In this document: positions 9,679-20,836 of the stretch, piece after piece
Layout: every line of letters starts with the position of its first letter
Position numbering within the stretch: position 1 is the stretch's first letter
Assembly (NCBI GenBank): GCA_963737655.1
Contig: CAVTTN010000002.1
Location: 2,016,001-2,080,000 of the forward strand
DNA: 64,000 nt
From: an uncultured Planctomycetota bacterium
GTDB taxonomy: Bacteria; Planctomycetota; Planctomycetia; Isosphaerales; Isosphaeraceae
Reading direction: 5' to 3'
Position numbers and translations under genes: made by a program
The notes under the pieces: generated by a model
What the model saw: the letters and a program-made list of their open reading frames with translations, nothing else
What the model was told of the DNA's origin: nothing
Databases searched by the model: none

Positions 9679-11022
9679 TCAGAACGGCCCGACGACCGGG
9701 GCGTATCCGGGCAGGCCCAGCGCCTGGTGGATCTGCCCGCAGGTCGCGCCGATCTTGCTCACTTGCTGGATGTTCGGCCCGGTCCGCCCCCGGGCGATCC
9801 GGTTGATCCGCCGGGCCATGCGGCCCCAGGTGGCGTCCACGTCGCGGAACTGGAAGGCCAGGGTGTTGGCGTCGAGCCCCTGGGCGACCTGCTGGCGGAA
9901 GTTCACCGCGTCGGCCTGGAGCCTCCGGGCGTCGGCCAGGAAGAACGCCCCCTGGGGGACGGCCCCGGCCGTCGGGCCGAACACGTTCACGAACGCCGTG
10001 GTCTGCTCGACGAGCTGATCGGCCAGGGCGGCGATGGTGACCGTCGGGGCCGGGGCCGGGGCCGCGACGACCGCCGGGGTCGGATCGCCGACGACGAGAT
10101 TCGCCCCCGGGACGTTCACGCTCACGCCCGTCGGCGTGACGTTGACCCCGGGCGGGATCACCGCCACGGCCGGTTGCGGCGAGCTCAGGCCGAGATTCTG
10201 GTGGAGCAGGACCTCGACCGAGGCGAACGCATCCCAGGCCGCCCGGACCGGGGCCGGGACCGCCTTGGAGGTCACGACCGCCTCGATCCGGTCGGCGATC
10301 GCATCGACCGGGCCGAAGGAGCGGGCCGCCGCGGGGATCGTGGTGTTCGCGGCCAGGGCATCGTTCCAGCCGTCGGCCTCCCGAGCCAGCGCGGCCGAGT
10401 CGGCGACGAGCTCGGCGTTGGCCGCCATCGTCGAGGCGATCGCGCCGGAAAGCGCCTCGGCGCGATCCACCAGGGAGCGGGCGAGCCGTCGCGTCTGGTC
10501 GATCCCGGAGGGCGGGGCGTTGGCCGTGTAGTAGTCCGTCGGCAGGGCATTCAGGCCCATGGCCTGGTGAATCTGACGGTCGATCTGGTCTCCGCGGGAG
10601 GCGTCCCGGTTCAGGGCCGAGGCCGCGTCGCCGGTCTGGGCGATCTGGGCCCGGAGGTTGTGCCACGAGGCGTCGATCCCCGAATAACTCTGGCGGATCT
10701 GAGGGCCCGAGGGGCCCGCCTTCAGGCTCGCGCGGAACTCGTCCAGGGCCTGGCTGAGCTCCTCGGTGACCTGGATCAAATGCTGACCGTTGGGCGTCTG
10801 GCCGAGGTCGGCGGCGATGTCTTCGCCGAGGTCATGGATCCGGGAGGACAGGCGGTGGGTCAGGTCGTCCAGGTCGGCCGCGGCGACCGGCGCGTTCGAC
10901 TGGACGGCCCCGGGCGGGAGCGGGGCCGGCTCGGTTGGAGGAGGCGGGGCGACGGCCTGGCCCCGACCGATCGCCGGGACGATCAGGAGCAGGCCCAGGG
11001 CCAGGTGGAATCGAGCAAGCAT
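9679..11022 (-). CDS. Secreted helical hypothetical protein (~447 aa)
   Basis: GGAGG RBS, signal-like MLARFHLALGLLLIVPAIGRG/QA, three similar helical modules with Pro-rich linkers. Confidence 0.7.
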   Translation of the reverse strand: MLARFHLALGLLLIVPAIGRGQAVAPPPPTEPAPLPPGAVQSNAPVAAADLDDLTHRLSSRIHDLGEDIAADLGQTPNGQHLIQVTEELSQALDEFRASLKAGPSGPQIRQSYSGIDASWHNLRAQIAQTGDAASALNRDASRGDQIDRQIHQAMGLNALPTDYYTANAPPSGIDQTRRLARSLVDRAEALSGAIASTMAANAELVADSAALAREADGWNDALAANTTIPAAARSFGPVDAIADRIEAVVTSKAVPAPVRAAWDAFASVEVLLHQNLGLSSPQPAVAVIPPGVNVTPTGVSVNVPGANLVVGDPTPAVVAAPAPAPTVTIAALADQLVEQTTAFVNVFGPTAGAVPQGAFFLADARRLQADAVNFRQQVAQGLDANTLAFQFRDVDATWGRMARRINRIARGRTGPNIQQVSKIGATCGQIHQALGLPGYAPVVGPF

Positions 11023-11088
11023 CGGCGCATCCTCCGGGGGTTCGGTGCGTACCTGGACTGGAACCCCTGCAATCCGGGTGCCTCCTCC

Positions 11089-11109
11089 GTAGGATGCAGG
11101 AAATGCACC
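11089..11109 (+). repeat. Single degenerate REP, family A (GTAGGGTGCATGAAATGCACC-like)
   Basis: GTAGGATGCAGGAAATGCACC, 2 mismatches to the consensus from the copies at 13661 and 55080-55221. Confidence 0.6.
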
Positions 11110-11258
11110 CAGCACGCGAGGGCTGGGCCCCGGATTTCTGGAGCTGTGGATTGGGGCCACCCGAAGCGACTCGATTCTCCGATCGTCTCGATCTCCGGAA
11201 TCTCGAGTCACAGCGCCGAAACGACCGTTCCTTTCCTGCACCCGACGGGGTCCTTCGG

Positions 11259-11621
11259 ATGAGTCAACCTCGCCAGTGGAGCCGGGAGCCGATCACCGGC
11301 TGGGTCTTGCTGGGGATCGCGGCCGTGGTGGGAGTCCCCCTGGCGTGGGAGCTTCATCGGACGATCGGCCTGGGCGCTCCGAGGTTCTGGGAACTCCTCC
11401 GCGATGATCGCTTCTTCGACCTCGCCATGCTCGACTTCTTCCTGACCGCCGGCTGGGCGGCCCTGGTCCTGGTCGAGCGGACGACCCGTCGAGACTGGCG
11501 GTTCTGGCTCTCCCTGGGCGTCTTCTGCGCGATCCCGACGGTGGGGATCGCCCTGTTCCTGATCCTCAAACGACGAGGCCGGGAAGGCGCCGAAGTGCCT
11601 CCCCGGCCGGTCGAGGAATGA
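11259..11621 (+). CDS. Small three-TM membrane protein (DUF2834-like)
   Basis: Three hydrophobic segments; pattern AMLDFF and PTVGIALFL. Confidence 0.6.
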   Translation: MSQPRQWSREPITGWVLLGIAAVVGVPLAWELHRTIGLGAPRFWELLRDDRFFDLAMLDFFLTAGWAALVLVERTTRRDWRFWLSLGVFCAIPTVGIALFLILKRRGREGAEVPPRPVEE

Positions 11622-11652
11622 GGAGTCGAAGCCGAGCCGAGCCGGGCCGCCA

Positions 11653-13094
11653 TCACGACTGGACGGTGCCGATCACCTTGTTGTTCACCAGGATCGTCCC
11701 CGGGGCGATCGTGGTCCCGGCGGCGACCGTCGAATTGAAGATGTAGGACCGCGCGCCGATGGTCACGTCGGACCCGAGGATCGAGCGATCGACCACCGCG
11801 CCATCGCCGATGTTCACGCGATCGCCGAGCGATCCGTTGATGCCCGCGCCTCCGAGGATCACCACGTCCGATCCGGTCGTCAGGTCGTCGCCGATGGTGA
11901 GCTTGCCTGCGGAGTTGACGGTGGTCGTGGTCGTGGTCGTCCCGGTGGTGGTGGTGGTCGTCCCGGTGCCGGTCGAGCCTCCGGTGGCCACTCCCGGGGC
12001 CGAGTGGATGACGAGGTTCGGCCCGGTGGAGACGATCGAACCGATGGAAATCGGCTGGCCCTGGTCCCCTCGGATCGACGCATGCGAGCCGAGCCGGGCC
12101 CGGACCCCGAACGCCTTCTGGTTGATGATCACGCCGCCGATGATCCGGTCCGGGAACCGGAAGTCATCGACCTCGACGAAATGGCCCCGGTGGTAGATGG
12201 CGAACTGGGGGCCTCGCCGCGAGGGCTCGAACGCGGCGACGGTTGATCCGGCTCCTGGCTCGCGCCCAGGACCGTGTTGAGGGCGCCATTGTACAGGTTC
12301 GGCAGCGTCGTGGGCGACTCGGCCGAGCCGGAGACCCCGGTGGCCGACTGGCCGTGATACACCGAGGCATAGCCCGGACCGAGCAGGGCGGCCTGGGCGA
12401 GGTCGGCCGTGATCAGGCTGGTGTCGTTGGCCGTGACGGGGCGGACCTTGCCGAGAGAGGGGGTCGTGGCCTCGGCCTGGGTCGTCACGTTCGCGCCGGG
12501 CAAGACGTACATGCCGGAGGGGACCGTCACGCCGGGCCCGACCCGGGCCAGGGCCCCGACGATCGCCCCGGGGTCGATCGTGGCGCCGTCGATCACGGCG
12601 TTGGCGCCGATGCCCGTGGCCTTCGCCCCGGTGCCAATCGTGCCGATCACCGCCGGGCCGAGGATCGTCGCCCCGGGGCCGATGTCCGCCAGGTCGCCGA
12701 CGACCAGGCCGGGGATCGTCGGGTCGCCGTTGGGGTTCGCCACCAGGGTGGCGTGGTCCTGGATGTAGGCGTTCGACCCGATCTTCAGGAACGCGGCGGT
12801 GGCGTCGAGCTTGGCATAGGGGGCGATGTAGGTCTTCGTCGCGATGCTGATCCTCTCGCCGTGGAGGACGAAGACCGTGGGGTCGAGGAACGACGCGATG
12901 TTCGTCGTGCTGCCGAACGGCACGACCGGCGTATTGGGCCGCAGAGGGTGATTTTGCGGTCCGGGCTGGGCCAGGACTCCGCTATGGTGGACGGCCAGGG
13001 CGTGGACGGTCGGCGAGGCCGAGAGCACCAGGCGGGCCTCGAATCGATCGACCTCGGGCCGATAGCGCCGGTTCCGACGAGTGAGCGATGGCAT
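11653..13094 (-). CDS. Exported gamma-carbonic-anhydrase/acetyltransferase-like left-handed beta-helix protein; -1 frameshift near 12250
   Basis: N-terminal RRNRRYRPEVDRFEARLVLS (LExRxLL-type), hexapeptide repeats (IGSNAYIQD, IGANAVIDG, IGDGAVVD). Adding one G gives EPGSTVAAFEP, joining the two ORFs. Confidence 0.75.
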
Positions 13095-13397
13095 CGGGTC
13101 ATCCCGCAACGGGCGAAGGGTTGGGAAGCGGGCCCCGCCCCGGCTGGGACCCGCGGGACGTCGCGACGTTCGGGGGGAGCCAGGTTCGATTACCAACCTA
13201 ATCCATGATGCTGGGGAAATCCAGGAACCTTGAGCGGGATGGGGGGTCCGGGTCGGAGAGTTGAGCCGGGCGTCCCGATCGTGGCGCACCGGCGGGAAGC
13301 TCGGCCCGGATGGTGTCCAGAATGGGAAGTGAGACGACCGAAGTGGAAGTGATGTGACGTGCTTCGCGTGCCCTCTTCTTGAGCTGGAACCCCTCCC

Positions 13398-13643
13398 ATG
13401 AGCCGTCCTGCGTCGGCCTCTCGCTGGCTGGTCCTCGTCGCGGCGGTCGCGGCCCCGATATTGTCCTCCGGCTGCCAGAGCGCGGGAAATCCCCGGCCTC
13501 CGGGGACGATCCGCCGCGCCCTCCGGCCCAATTTCGCCGAGCCGACCCCGCTGCCGCCCCGCAATTTGACGGTCGGCAGCTACGCGGGGTTCCAGTATCC
13601 GTCGCGCCTGGGAAATGCACCCTCTTCGATCGGTTTGCCGTGA
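13398..13643 (+). CDS. Small putative lipoprotein
   Basis: Hydrophobic stretch followed by lipobox-like LSSG/C. The 3' end runs into a REP hairpin. Confidence 0.5.
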   Translation: MSRPASASRWLVLVAAVAAPILSSGCQSAGNPRPPGTIRRALRPNFAEPTPLPPRNLTVGSYAGFQYPSRLGNAPSSIGLP

Positions 13644-13681
13644 CGGGAATGATCGAAGAGGGTGCATTTCATGGACCCTAC
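13612..13681. repeat. REPIN-like hairpin, family A, between convergent genes
   Basis: Perfect 20-bp stem 13612-13631/13651-13670. 13661-13681 is the reverse complement of GTAGGGTCCATGAAATGCACC. Confidence 0.8.
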
Positions 13682-16600
13682 TTGGATGTCCGAATCTGTT
13701 CGAGCTTGCGTTCGAGCTCGTCGATCCGGGAATCCCGGTCGTTGGCCGGGACGAGATCGGCGTACACTCGGTCGGAATCGGCGGGTGCGACGTTCCGCTT
13801 GTTCCCGGCGTCATCCTGCTCGACCAGGCCCAGGCTCTCGTCCGTCAAGAAATTCTTCATGTGCTCGACGACCTTGACCTTGATCTCGCGGGGGGTCAGG
13901 CCGGCGACGGGGATTTCGCCATAGAACCCGAGGCTGAGCGTTCCGTCGTCGCGGACGACCCGCTCTCCGCTCACGGGCCGACCGGGCAGGGCCTCCAGGA
14001 CCTCGACGACCACGCGGTCTCCGGGCTGGACCGCCCCGGGCTTGCCGGGCCTCTTGCGGGCCTGGGTTTCCGCGTCGGCCACCTTGGCGATCGCGCGTTC
14101 CCCGTCCTCCAGTTCGCCTTTGAGGGAGCGAAGCTTGCGAATGGACTCGCGCAGGGCCTGCTTGGAGCGCTCCAGCCTGTCGATCGCCGCTTTTTTCCGG
14201 GCTTCGAAGAATTCGGACGTGGCGCGACCAGACGCCTCGGGTTGGGCCGGCGGAGTGGCCTCGTCGATCGAAATCAGCTTGTCCGTCAGCTTCAGGACCT
14301 CGGCCTTCCGGGCCTCGACCTCGACCTCCAGCATCTCGACGTCCGCGGCCCTCGATGTCAGGGCGTCGCTCAGCTCCCTCCGCTCCAGGGCGAGCGATTC
14401 GGCCCGTTGCAAGCCGGTCCGCTGGGGCTTCTCCTCGGCCCTGGCGGCGTCCTCCTTTGGGATGCGGCGACGGTAGGCGATCACGACGCTATGGTCGCCC
14501 GGACGGCTGGAGAAATCGCCCGGCGCATTCTGGATGTCGCCGATGGTCCGGGCGATCGTCAGCGAATCCCCTTCGAGCTTGTAGGCCATCCGGTAGTGGA
14601 CCCTGACGCCGCCCTCCAGTTCTCGCTCCAGGTCCAGAACCCGGGGCGACTTCGAGACATCGAGGACGACCTTCCCGGCGTCCAAGGGGCCCCCTCGGCC
14701 CGCCGGATGAACCGATCCCCCCGGATCAAGATCCCTTCCTTCGTCACGCCGGATTCCTGGGACGGAACTTCCGTGATGTCCCGGCCTTCCTTCAGGATCG
14801 AGGTCGGCAGCCAATCCCCCTGGAGGAGCTTCAGTTCGTCGAGGCCGACGGCCGGCGGCGGGGTCGGCGGGGAGGCCCGGCGGCAGACGATCAGGACCCG
14901 GTTCGAGTTCGGGAGGCTGGAGAATTCGGAGGGCGCCCGCGACGGGTCGGAGGTATCCATGCAGAGGGTCAGCGTGTCCCCGTCGATCTTGTAAATCGCC
15001 CGACTGACGCCTGGGCGGAACTCTCCGTCGGTCGTCTCCATGACCTTCGGCGACTTGGAGGCATCGAGGCGAATCCGGCCGAGGTCCGCGATCGTGCCGT
15101 TGGCCGATCGGCTGAACAGCCGGGCGCCCATCACGGTGAGGGACGTCTTGAGAGGCTCCGGGCGGGCCGGGCCGTCGGACGCCTCCTCGCCGTCCTTGAT
15201 GAGCGAGGTCGGCAGCCAGGTCCCCTGGAGCCGTTCCAGGTCGTCGCGGGCCGGGCCGTCGGGCGTGATCGGTGGCTCGGCGGCCGGCTTCGTCGCAGAT
15301 GTCTCGGCGGCTTTTGGGTTGAACGTGGGTGGAATCTGCTTTTGGAAGACTCCGAGGACCGTCGGCGGGTTGGATCTCAAGGTGAAGTCGGTTGGGACCG
15401 TGGTTGGGTCATCGATCCTCAGGGCGATCGTCAGGGTATTTCCCTCAATCTTGTAGATCATCCGAGGCCAGCGTGCGTCGGTTTTTTTCACCCTGTCGCG
15501 CCCTCGTAATTCCAGGACAGAAGGGTTCCTCCCGGGATCGACAAAGGCCTGGTAGTGGTCGGGGAGTCGTCCTCCTGTGTTGTGACCCATCAGGATCCCC
15601 CCCTGGATTGCGAACGCGGCCTTCTGGCGGAATCCTCCCTTCGCCCGCTCCGCCGCGTCAGGTTCCGGGGCCTCGATGAACACTCCCGTCCAGGAGCCTT
15701 CGAGGCGCTCCAGGTCATCTTTTTCCTCCTCCTTCGGCTTCGTCGCGGCCTGGCCGGCGATGGCCTTGATTTCATCCGCCGGGCCGGTGCCTGGCTTTGG
15801 CGCGTCCTGAGGGCCGGTCCGGGCCTTCACGACGGCCGTTCCACCGGCCAAAACTCCCAGGGCGAGCAGGCCGGCGAGGCCCCACTTGGTCAGTTTCTGT
15901 GCGATCATGGCGCGAGAGACCTCCTCCGCCAGGATGGCCGCGCTTGCCGAGCCTGAGCCGGCGGCGACCGTCCCCCCCGCCGCGATGTGGGTCGCGGCCT
16001 TGATGGTTTTGTCACGCAAGGGGGTCGGGACGGCGGCGGACGCCTCGTCGATCAGGCAGGCGGCGATGGTTGCGGAGGTCATGGCGAGCCCCTCGGCGGG
16101 CGAGCCGGTCCCTCAACAGGTCGCGGGCCCGGGCCAATCGGCCCTTCACGGAGCCGATCGGCCACTTCAGGGCCTTGGCCGCCTCGTCGTGGGTCTGGCC
16201 CTGGAGGTAGCACAGGACCACCGGGGCCCGATACTTCTCCGGGAGGCCCGCGACTTCCTCGTGGAGCAGCCGTCGGCCTTCCTGGGCGAGCCGGTCGTCG
16301 GCCGATTTCGAGGGGGCGAACTCGACGACCTCGGGCGAGCTCGTTTCCTTCGCCTTCCTCTTCGTCTCGGCCTTCGCCGATCGGACCGCCACCCGGAACG
16401 CCACCCGATGGAGCCAGGGCCCCAACGTGTCGCGGCCGCGGACGGTCCTCGCCTTCTTCGCCAGCAGGAGGAACGTGGCCTGGAAGGCGTCCTCGGCCAA
16501 ATGGTCATCCCGCAACGTCTTGCGACACACGGAGAGGACCATCGGCCCGTGACGCGCCACCAGGCCCTCGAACGCCGCCTCGTCCCGAGAGACGAGGAAG

Positions 16601-16701
16601 CGGTCGAGCATCTGGGCCTCGGACAGCCCCGAGACCGTCCCCGCCTCATACAGGCGGACCACGTCCCGGGCCGCCGCGCCGAACGTCCCGCTGCTGGCCA
16701 T
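13678..16701 (-). CDS. ECF sigma-70 factor with TM, three TIGR03067-like domains, coiled coil and polysaccharide-export (Wza-like) domain (~1,007 aa after two compensating frameshifts)
   Basis: AFEGLVARHGPMV, AEDAFQATFL, LPEKYRAPVVLCYLQG...GSVKGRLARAR. Three D(D/E)L..L(Q/E)G.W modules. PGDRVVVEVLEALPGRPVSGERVVRDDGTLSLGFYG. Indels in G-runs at ~16090 (+1) and ~14692 (-1). Confidence 0.82.
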
Positions 16702-16982
16702 CGGTCGCCGACCTCCCGAAGCGTTGCGTCCCACCGTCATCCCGATCCCGCCAAGAGAGAGGCCGGCTCGGGGTCGGGCGGATACGGGTTTCCGCGATTT
16801 TTTCCCGGGGATCGAGGAGACGACCCATTTTGACCCGTCGGGACGAGGCGCCACAAGGGCCGTTTCACCCTCGGGACGAGGATCGCCGAAAGCCCTCGAC
16901 CAACCCCCTTGACGCCCCCGGCTCATTCTGGTTTCCTGGGTATTCGACAAATGTCCCAGGCACGTCTCGGAACGATTTTGCG

Positions 16983-18050
16983 ATGGCGTCCATCCCGGCT
17001 GGCGGCGGTTCGGTGTCGCTGGAGCACCTGATCGCCCTGAATGATGAGATCGCGGCCCTTTCGCGGGCCGGGATGCCCCTGGAACGGGGCCTCCTGGGCG
17101 TCGGCGGGGACATTCCGGGCCGCCTGGGTGCGATCGTCACGAGCGTCGGCCAGCGGATGGCCGGCGGGGCGAGCTTGCCGCAGGCGGTTTCCGCCGAGGG
17201 CTCGGGCCTTCCGCCCATGTATCGGGCGGTGGTTGAGGCCGGGCTCCGCTCGGGGAGATTGCCGGAGGCCCTGGAGGGCCTGGCCGGGTTCGTCCGAGAT
17301 TACGTCGAGCTTCGCCGGGCCGTCGGGCTGGCCCTGCTCTATCCGCTGATCGTGCTCCTGATCGGCTATGGCCTGTTCGTGGCGGCCGTCGTCGAGTTCA
17401 TCCCCCGATTGGAGGAGGCGTTCGATGGGTTGGGCGTCCGCTTGCCGGGGATGATCCGGGCGATCGGCCATCTCGGGGATTCGGTGGTCTTCTGGGGCCC
17501 GATCGTGCCGGGCCTGGTCGTGATCGGCGGGCTGGGCTGGGTCGCCTCGGGGCGGGCGTCGGCATTGAGGCCGGGTCGGATGGGGCGGGGTCTGGGCTGG
17601 GTCCCCGGAATCCACGGGATTCTTTCCGGGGCGGTCGCCGCGCAGTTCGCCGACTGGCTGGCCCTGCTGATCGAACACGGGGTCCCCCTGCCCGAAGCCC
17701 TGGAACTCGCCGGGGACGCCACGGGCGATCCGAGGCTCTCGGCGGAGGCGCGGTCGCTGGCCGACGGGGCCCGGCGGGGAGAGCCCCTGGAGAGGACGGT
17801 TCGCGAGGCCGGCGGCCTGCCTCCGTTGCTGGCCTGGCTGATCGTCGCGGGCCACGCCCAGGGATCGCTCGCGGTTTCGCTCCGTCATGCGGCCGGGACG
17901 TATCGCCGGAGGGCCCTGCGGCGGGCCTCGGCGATGAAAATCGTCCTGCCCTCGATCTTGCTGGTCGTCCTGGGCGCGTCGGTCACCCTGCTCTACGTGG
18001 TGACGTTGTTCGGGCCCTGGACGAGCTTGCTGTACCGGCTGACGAAATAG
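16983..18050 (+). CDS. Type II secretion / type IV pilus platform protein (GspF/PilC family)
   Basis: AGMPLERGL, EAGLRSGRLPEAL, ALLYP, HGVPLPEAL; two T2SSF-like repeats. Confidence 0.85.
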   Translation: MASIPAGGGSVSLEHLIALNDEIAALSRAGMPLERGLLGVGGDIPGRLGAIVTSVGQRMAGGASLPQAVSAEGSGLPPMYRAVVEAGLRSGRLPEALEGLAGFVRDYVELRRAVGLALLYPLIVLLIGYGLFVAAVVEFIPRLEEAFDGLGVRLPGMIRAIGHLGDSVVFWGPIVPGLVVIGGLGWVASGRASALRPGRMGRGLGWVPGIHGILSGAVAAQFADWLALLIEHGVPLPEALELAGDATGDPRLSAEARSLADGARRGEPLERTVREAGGLPPLLAWLIVAGHAQGSLAVSLRHAAGTYRRRALRRASAMKIVLPSILLVVLGASVTLLYVVTLFGPWTSLLYRLTK

Positions 18051-18100
18051 AGAGATCGGCGATCCTCGGCCCGTCTCGGGCCGAACCTGGGGACCATCGG

Positions 18101-20836
18101 ATGAGCGGGACGGTCAAGACGGACTCCTCGGACTCGGAGGCGGGCGGGCCTCGCGGTCGGCTCTCGGGCGCCGAGGCGTTGGAGATGACCCGGCAGGTCG
18201 CCGGGCTCGTCCGCTCCGGCCTGCCCTTGCCGGCGGGCCTCCGCGCCGTGGCCCAGGAGCTGCCCCGAGGCCGGCTCACGACGGCCCTCCTCACCCTGGC
18301 CGAGGACGTGGAGAGCGGCGAGACCCTGGAATCGGCCCTCGCCAGCCAGGAGCGGAGCATCCCGGCCCCGGTGCGGGGCTTGATCACGGCCGGGGCGAGG
18401 TCGGGCCGGATGGCCGAGGCGTTCGCCCGCCTGCTCGACGCCCAGGAGTTCGAGCACTCGCTCGGCCGGCAATTGTGGTTCTCCCTGATCTACCCGACGA
18501 TGCTGGTGGTCGTCAGCCTGGGCGTCTTCCTGTTCGTGGCGCTGGTCACGGCGGCGGGGTTCTCGAACATCTTCAAGGATTTCGGCCTGGACGTGCCGAT
18601 GGTCACGCTGTTCCTGATGAGGGCGGCGGACTCGGCGAAACAGGTCGGGATCTGGCTGATCCTCGGCCCGCTGTTTGGCGTGCTGCTCTCGGCGCTGGCG
18701 GTGAGGTTCTTCCTCGCGCCGGCGGAACGGTCGCGGATGATCCACCGGATGCCCGTGCTCGGCCCTCTGGCGCGCTCGACGGCCCTGGCCCAGTTCTGCC
18801 CGGTTTTGGCGACCCTGGTGGAGAACGACGTCCCGCTGGATGAGGCGATCGCGATGGCGGGTGAGGCGTCGCGCGACTCGGCGATGGCCGGCGCGGCGAA
18901 GGAGGCGGCGGCGAGGGTGGCGGCCGGCCGATCGCTGGCCGAGGCCGTCCGCGACTGCCCGCCGTTCCCCCCCGGCTTCGACGCCCTCCTCCGCTGGGCC
19001 GAGACCAGCCGCGGCCTCGTGGAGGCCTTGAGGATGTCGGCCGAGACGTTCGAGGGCCGGGCCCGCGCCCAGGCCGCCGCGCTGGCCCGGCTCTGCAACG
19101 TCATGGCGATGGTCATCGTCCTCTGGTGGATCGCCTTGACGGTCGTGGCGATCTTCATCCCGATGCTCGGCCTGCTCAACGCCCTGTCCGGCGGGGGGCC
19201 GCCCGGGTTCATCATCAAGGTCGTCCTCCCGGTGATCTCCTGGGTCGGCGTGGTGATCGCCGCGGCGTCGGTCCTGATCCTGTTCCGGCCCGCGCTCGAA
19301 CGGGTCGTGGCGATGGCCTTCGAGCCGATCCTCCACCGCAAGTCCCCCCTGGGACGCCCCCGGTTCTGGTACTTCGCCCTGGGCGGGTGGCTGGCCCTCC
19401 TCGGCTCGGCCGTGGGGCTGGGGCTCGTCTCGGCGCTGGTCCTGTTCGCCGATCGCGACTGGCTGGGTGATTCTTGGCTCGAATGGTTCGACTTCCTGGC
19501 CCCGATGCTCTTCACCACGCTCGGGATCACGGCCGGGGTGGCGGTCCTGGTGATCCTCGGCGGGACGATCGCCGGGCGACTGGCGAGGCGCCGGGCCTCG
19601 GCGGCGCAGCGAGGAGGCAAGGGCGAGCCGGCCGGTCGGATGGTCGTCCGGCCCCGGGGGTTCCGCTTCGGCCTGCGGCACCTGATGGTGGCGATGGTCC
19701 CGATCGCGTTCCTGATCCTGATGGTGAAGGACTTCGGGCCGTCCCTGCTGGCCGTGGCGGCGCTGGCGTGGCCCCCGGTGCTGATGGTCTCGGGGTTCGT
19801 GGCGGCGGCCAACCGCCGGGACCTGGAGAGGAACTCGCTCCTCCGGGTGATGGCGATCTCGGCCCGGGCCCGGCAGCCTCTGGGGCCGGGGATCGAGGCG
19901 TTCGCGGCGACCTGTCGCGGCGGATATCGCGTCGGGGTCGAGTCGCTGGGCATGCTGTTGGACCGGGGGATCCCGCTGCCCCGGGCGCTGGACCTCGTCC
20001 CCCAGGCGTTGCCGGCCGACGCCGCCCTGGCCGCCCGGGTGGGCTGGAATTCCGGGACGCTCGCCCAGAGCCTGGGCGACGCCGTCGAGAGCGGGGCCGA
20101 GCGACGGCTGGCCCGGGTCGGCTCGGCCGGGTCGATCACCTATCTGTTCGTGGTCCTGGCCGGGGTGGTTGCTGCCTCGATCTTCCTCCTCGGCTACATC
20201 ACCCCGGCGTTCGAGGGGATCTTCAAGGATTACGGGGTGGAATTGCCCGAGCCGGCGCGATCGCTCTCCGAGTTCACCCGGAACGCCGGATCGGGCATGG
20301 TCCCCGCGTGGCTCCGCTCGTCGATCCGGCTGGTCGTGGCCGGGATCGTCCTGGCCTGGCTCCTGACCGTGGACGGCCCCCGGACGGTCCGCGGCTGGCT
20401 CGTGCGATCGAGGCATTCGGCCGTGATCCTCCGCGCCCTGGCCGCCGGGATCGAGCAGGGCCAGCCCTTGCCGGACCTCCTGGACCGGGTGGCCGAGGAC
20501 TATCCCAAGCGGTGGGTCCGGGCCCGGCTCAAGCGAGCCGTGGGGCGGGTCCGCCAGGGCGAGGACTGGGCCGACTCCCTCCGCCGGACCTCCCTGATCC
20601 GCCGAGGGGACGCCGCGTTGCTCCAGGCCGCCGCCCGCGCCGGGAACCTGGCGTGGGCGCTCCGCCAGGTCGCCTCCTCGGCCGAGAGGCGGACGACCTA
20701 CCGCCTCCAGGCCTTCGCCCAGGTCGTCCAGCCCCTGATGATCGCCGCGTTGGGGGCGATCGTCCTGTTCTTCGGCCTGGCCTATTTCCGACCCCTGGTC
20801 ACGGTCCTCGAATCCCTCGCGGGGCCTCAGCTATGA
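18101..20836 (+). CDS. Double-length GspF/PilC-family protein (four T2SSF-like domains, 911 aa)
   Basis: SGLPLPAGL...IYP, NDVPLDEAI, RGIPLPRAL, QGQPLPDLL...AGNLAWAL...QP; extra TM block between the two halves. Confidence 0.8.
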   Translation: MSGTVKTDSSDSEAGGPRGRLSGAEALEMTRQVAGLVRSGLPLPAGLRAVAQELPRGRLTTALLTLAEDVESGETLESALASQERSIPAPVRGLITAGARSGRMAEAFARLLDAQEFEHSLGRQLWFSLIYPTMLVVVSLGVFLFVALVTAAGFSNIFKDFGLDVPMVTLFLMRAADSAKQVGIWLILGPLFGVLLSALAVRFFLAPAERSRMIHRMPVLGPLARSTALAQFCPVLATLVENDVPLDEAIAMAGEASRDSAMAGAAKEAAARVAAGRSLAEAVRDCPPFPPGFDALLRWAETSRGLVEALRMSAETFEGRARAQAAALARLCNVMAMVIVLWWIALTVVAIFIPMLGLLNALSGGGPPGFIIKVVLPVISWVGVVIAAASVLILFRPALERVVAMAFEPILHRKSPLGRPRFWYFALGGWLALLGSAVGLGLVSALVLFADRDWLGDSWLEWFDFLAPMLFTTLGITAGVAVLVILGGTIAGRLARRRASAAQRGGKGEPAGRMVVRPRGFRFGLRHLMVAMVPIAFLILMVKDFGPSLLAVAALAWPPVLMVSGFVAAANRRDLERNSLLRVMAISARARQPLGPGIEAFAATCRGGYRVGVESLGMLLDRGIPLPRALDLVPQALPADAALAARVGWNSGTLAQSLGDAVESGAERRLARVGSAGSITYLFVVLAGVVAASIFLLGYITPAFEGIFKDYGVELPEPARSLSEFTRNAGSGMVPAWLRSSIRLVVAGIVLAWLLTVDGPRTVRGWLVRSRHSAVILRALAAGIEQGQPLPDLLDRVAEDYPKRWVRARLKRAVGRVRQGEDWADSLRRTSLIRRGDAALLQAAARAGNLAWALRQVASSAERRTTYRLQAFAQVVQPLMIAALGAIVLFFGLAYFRPLVTVLESLAGPQL

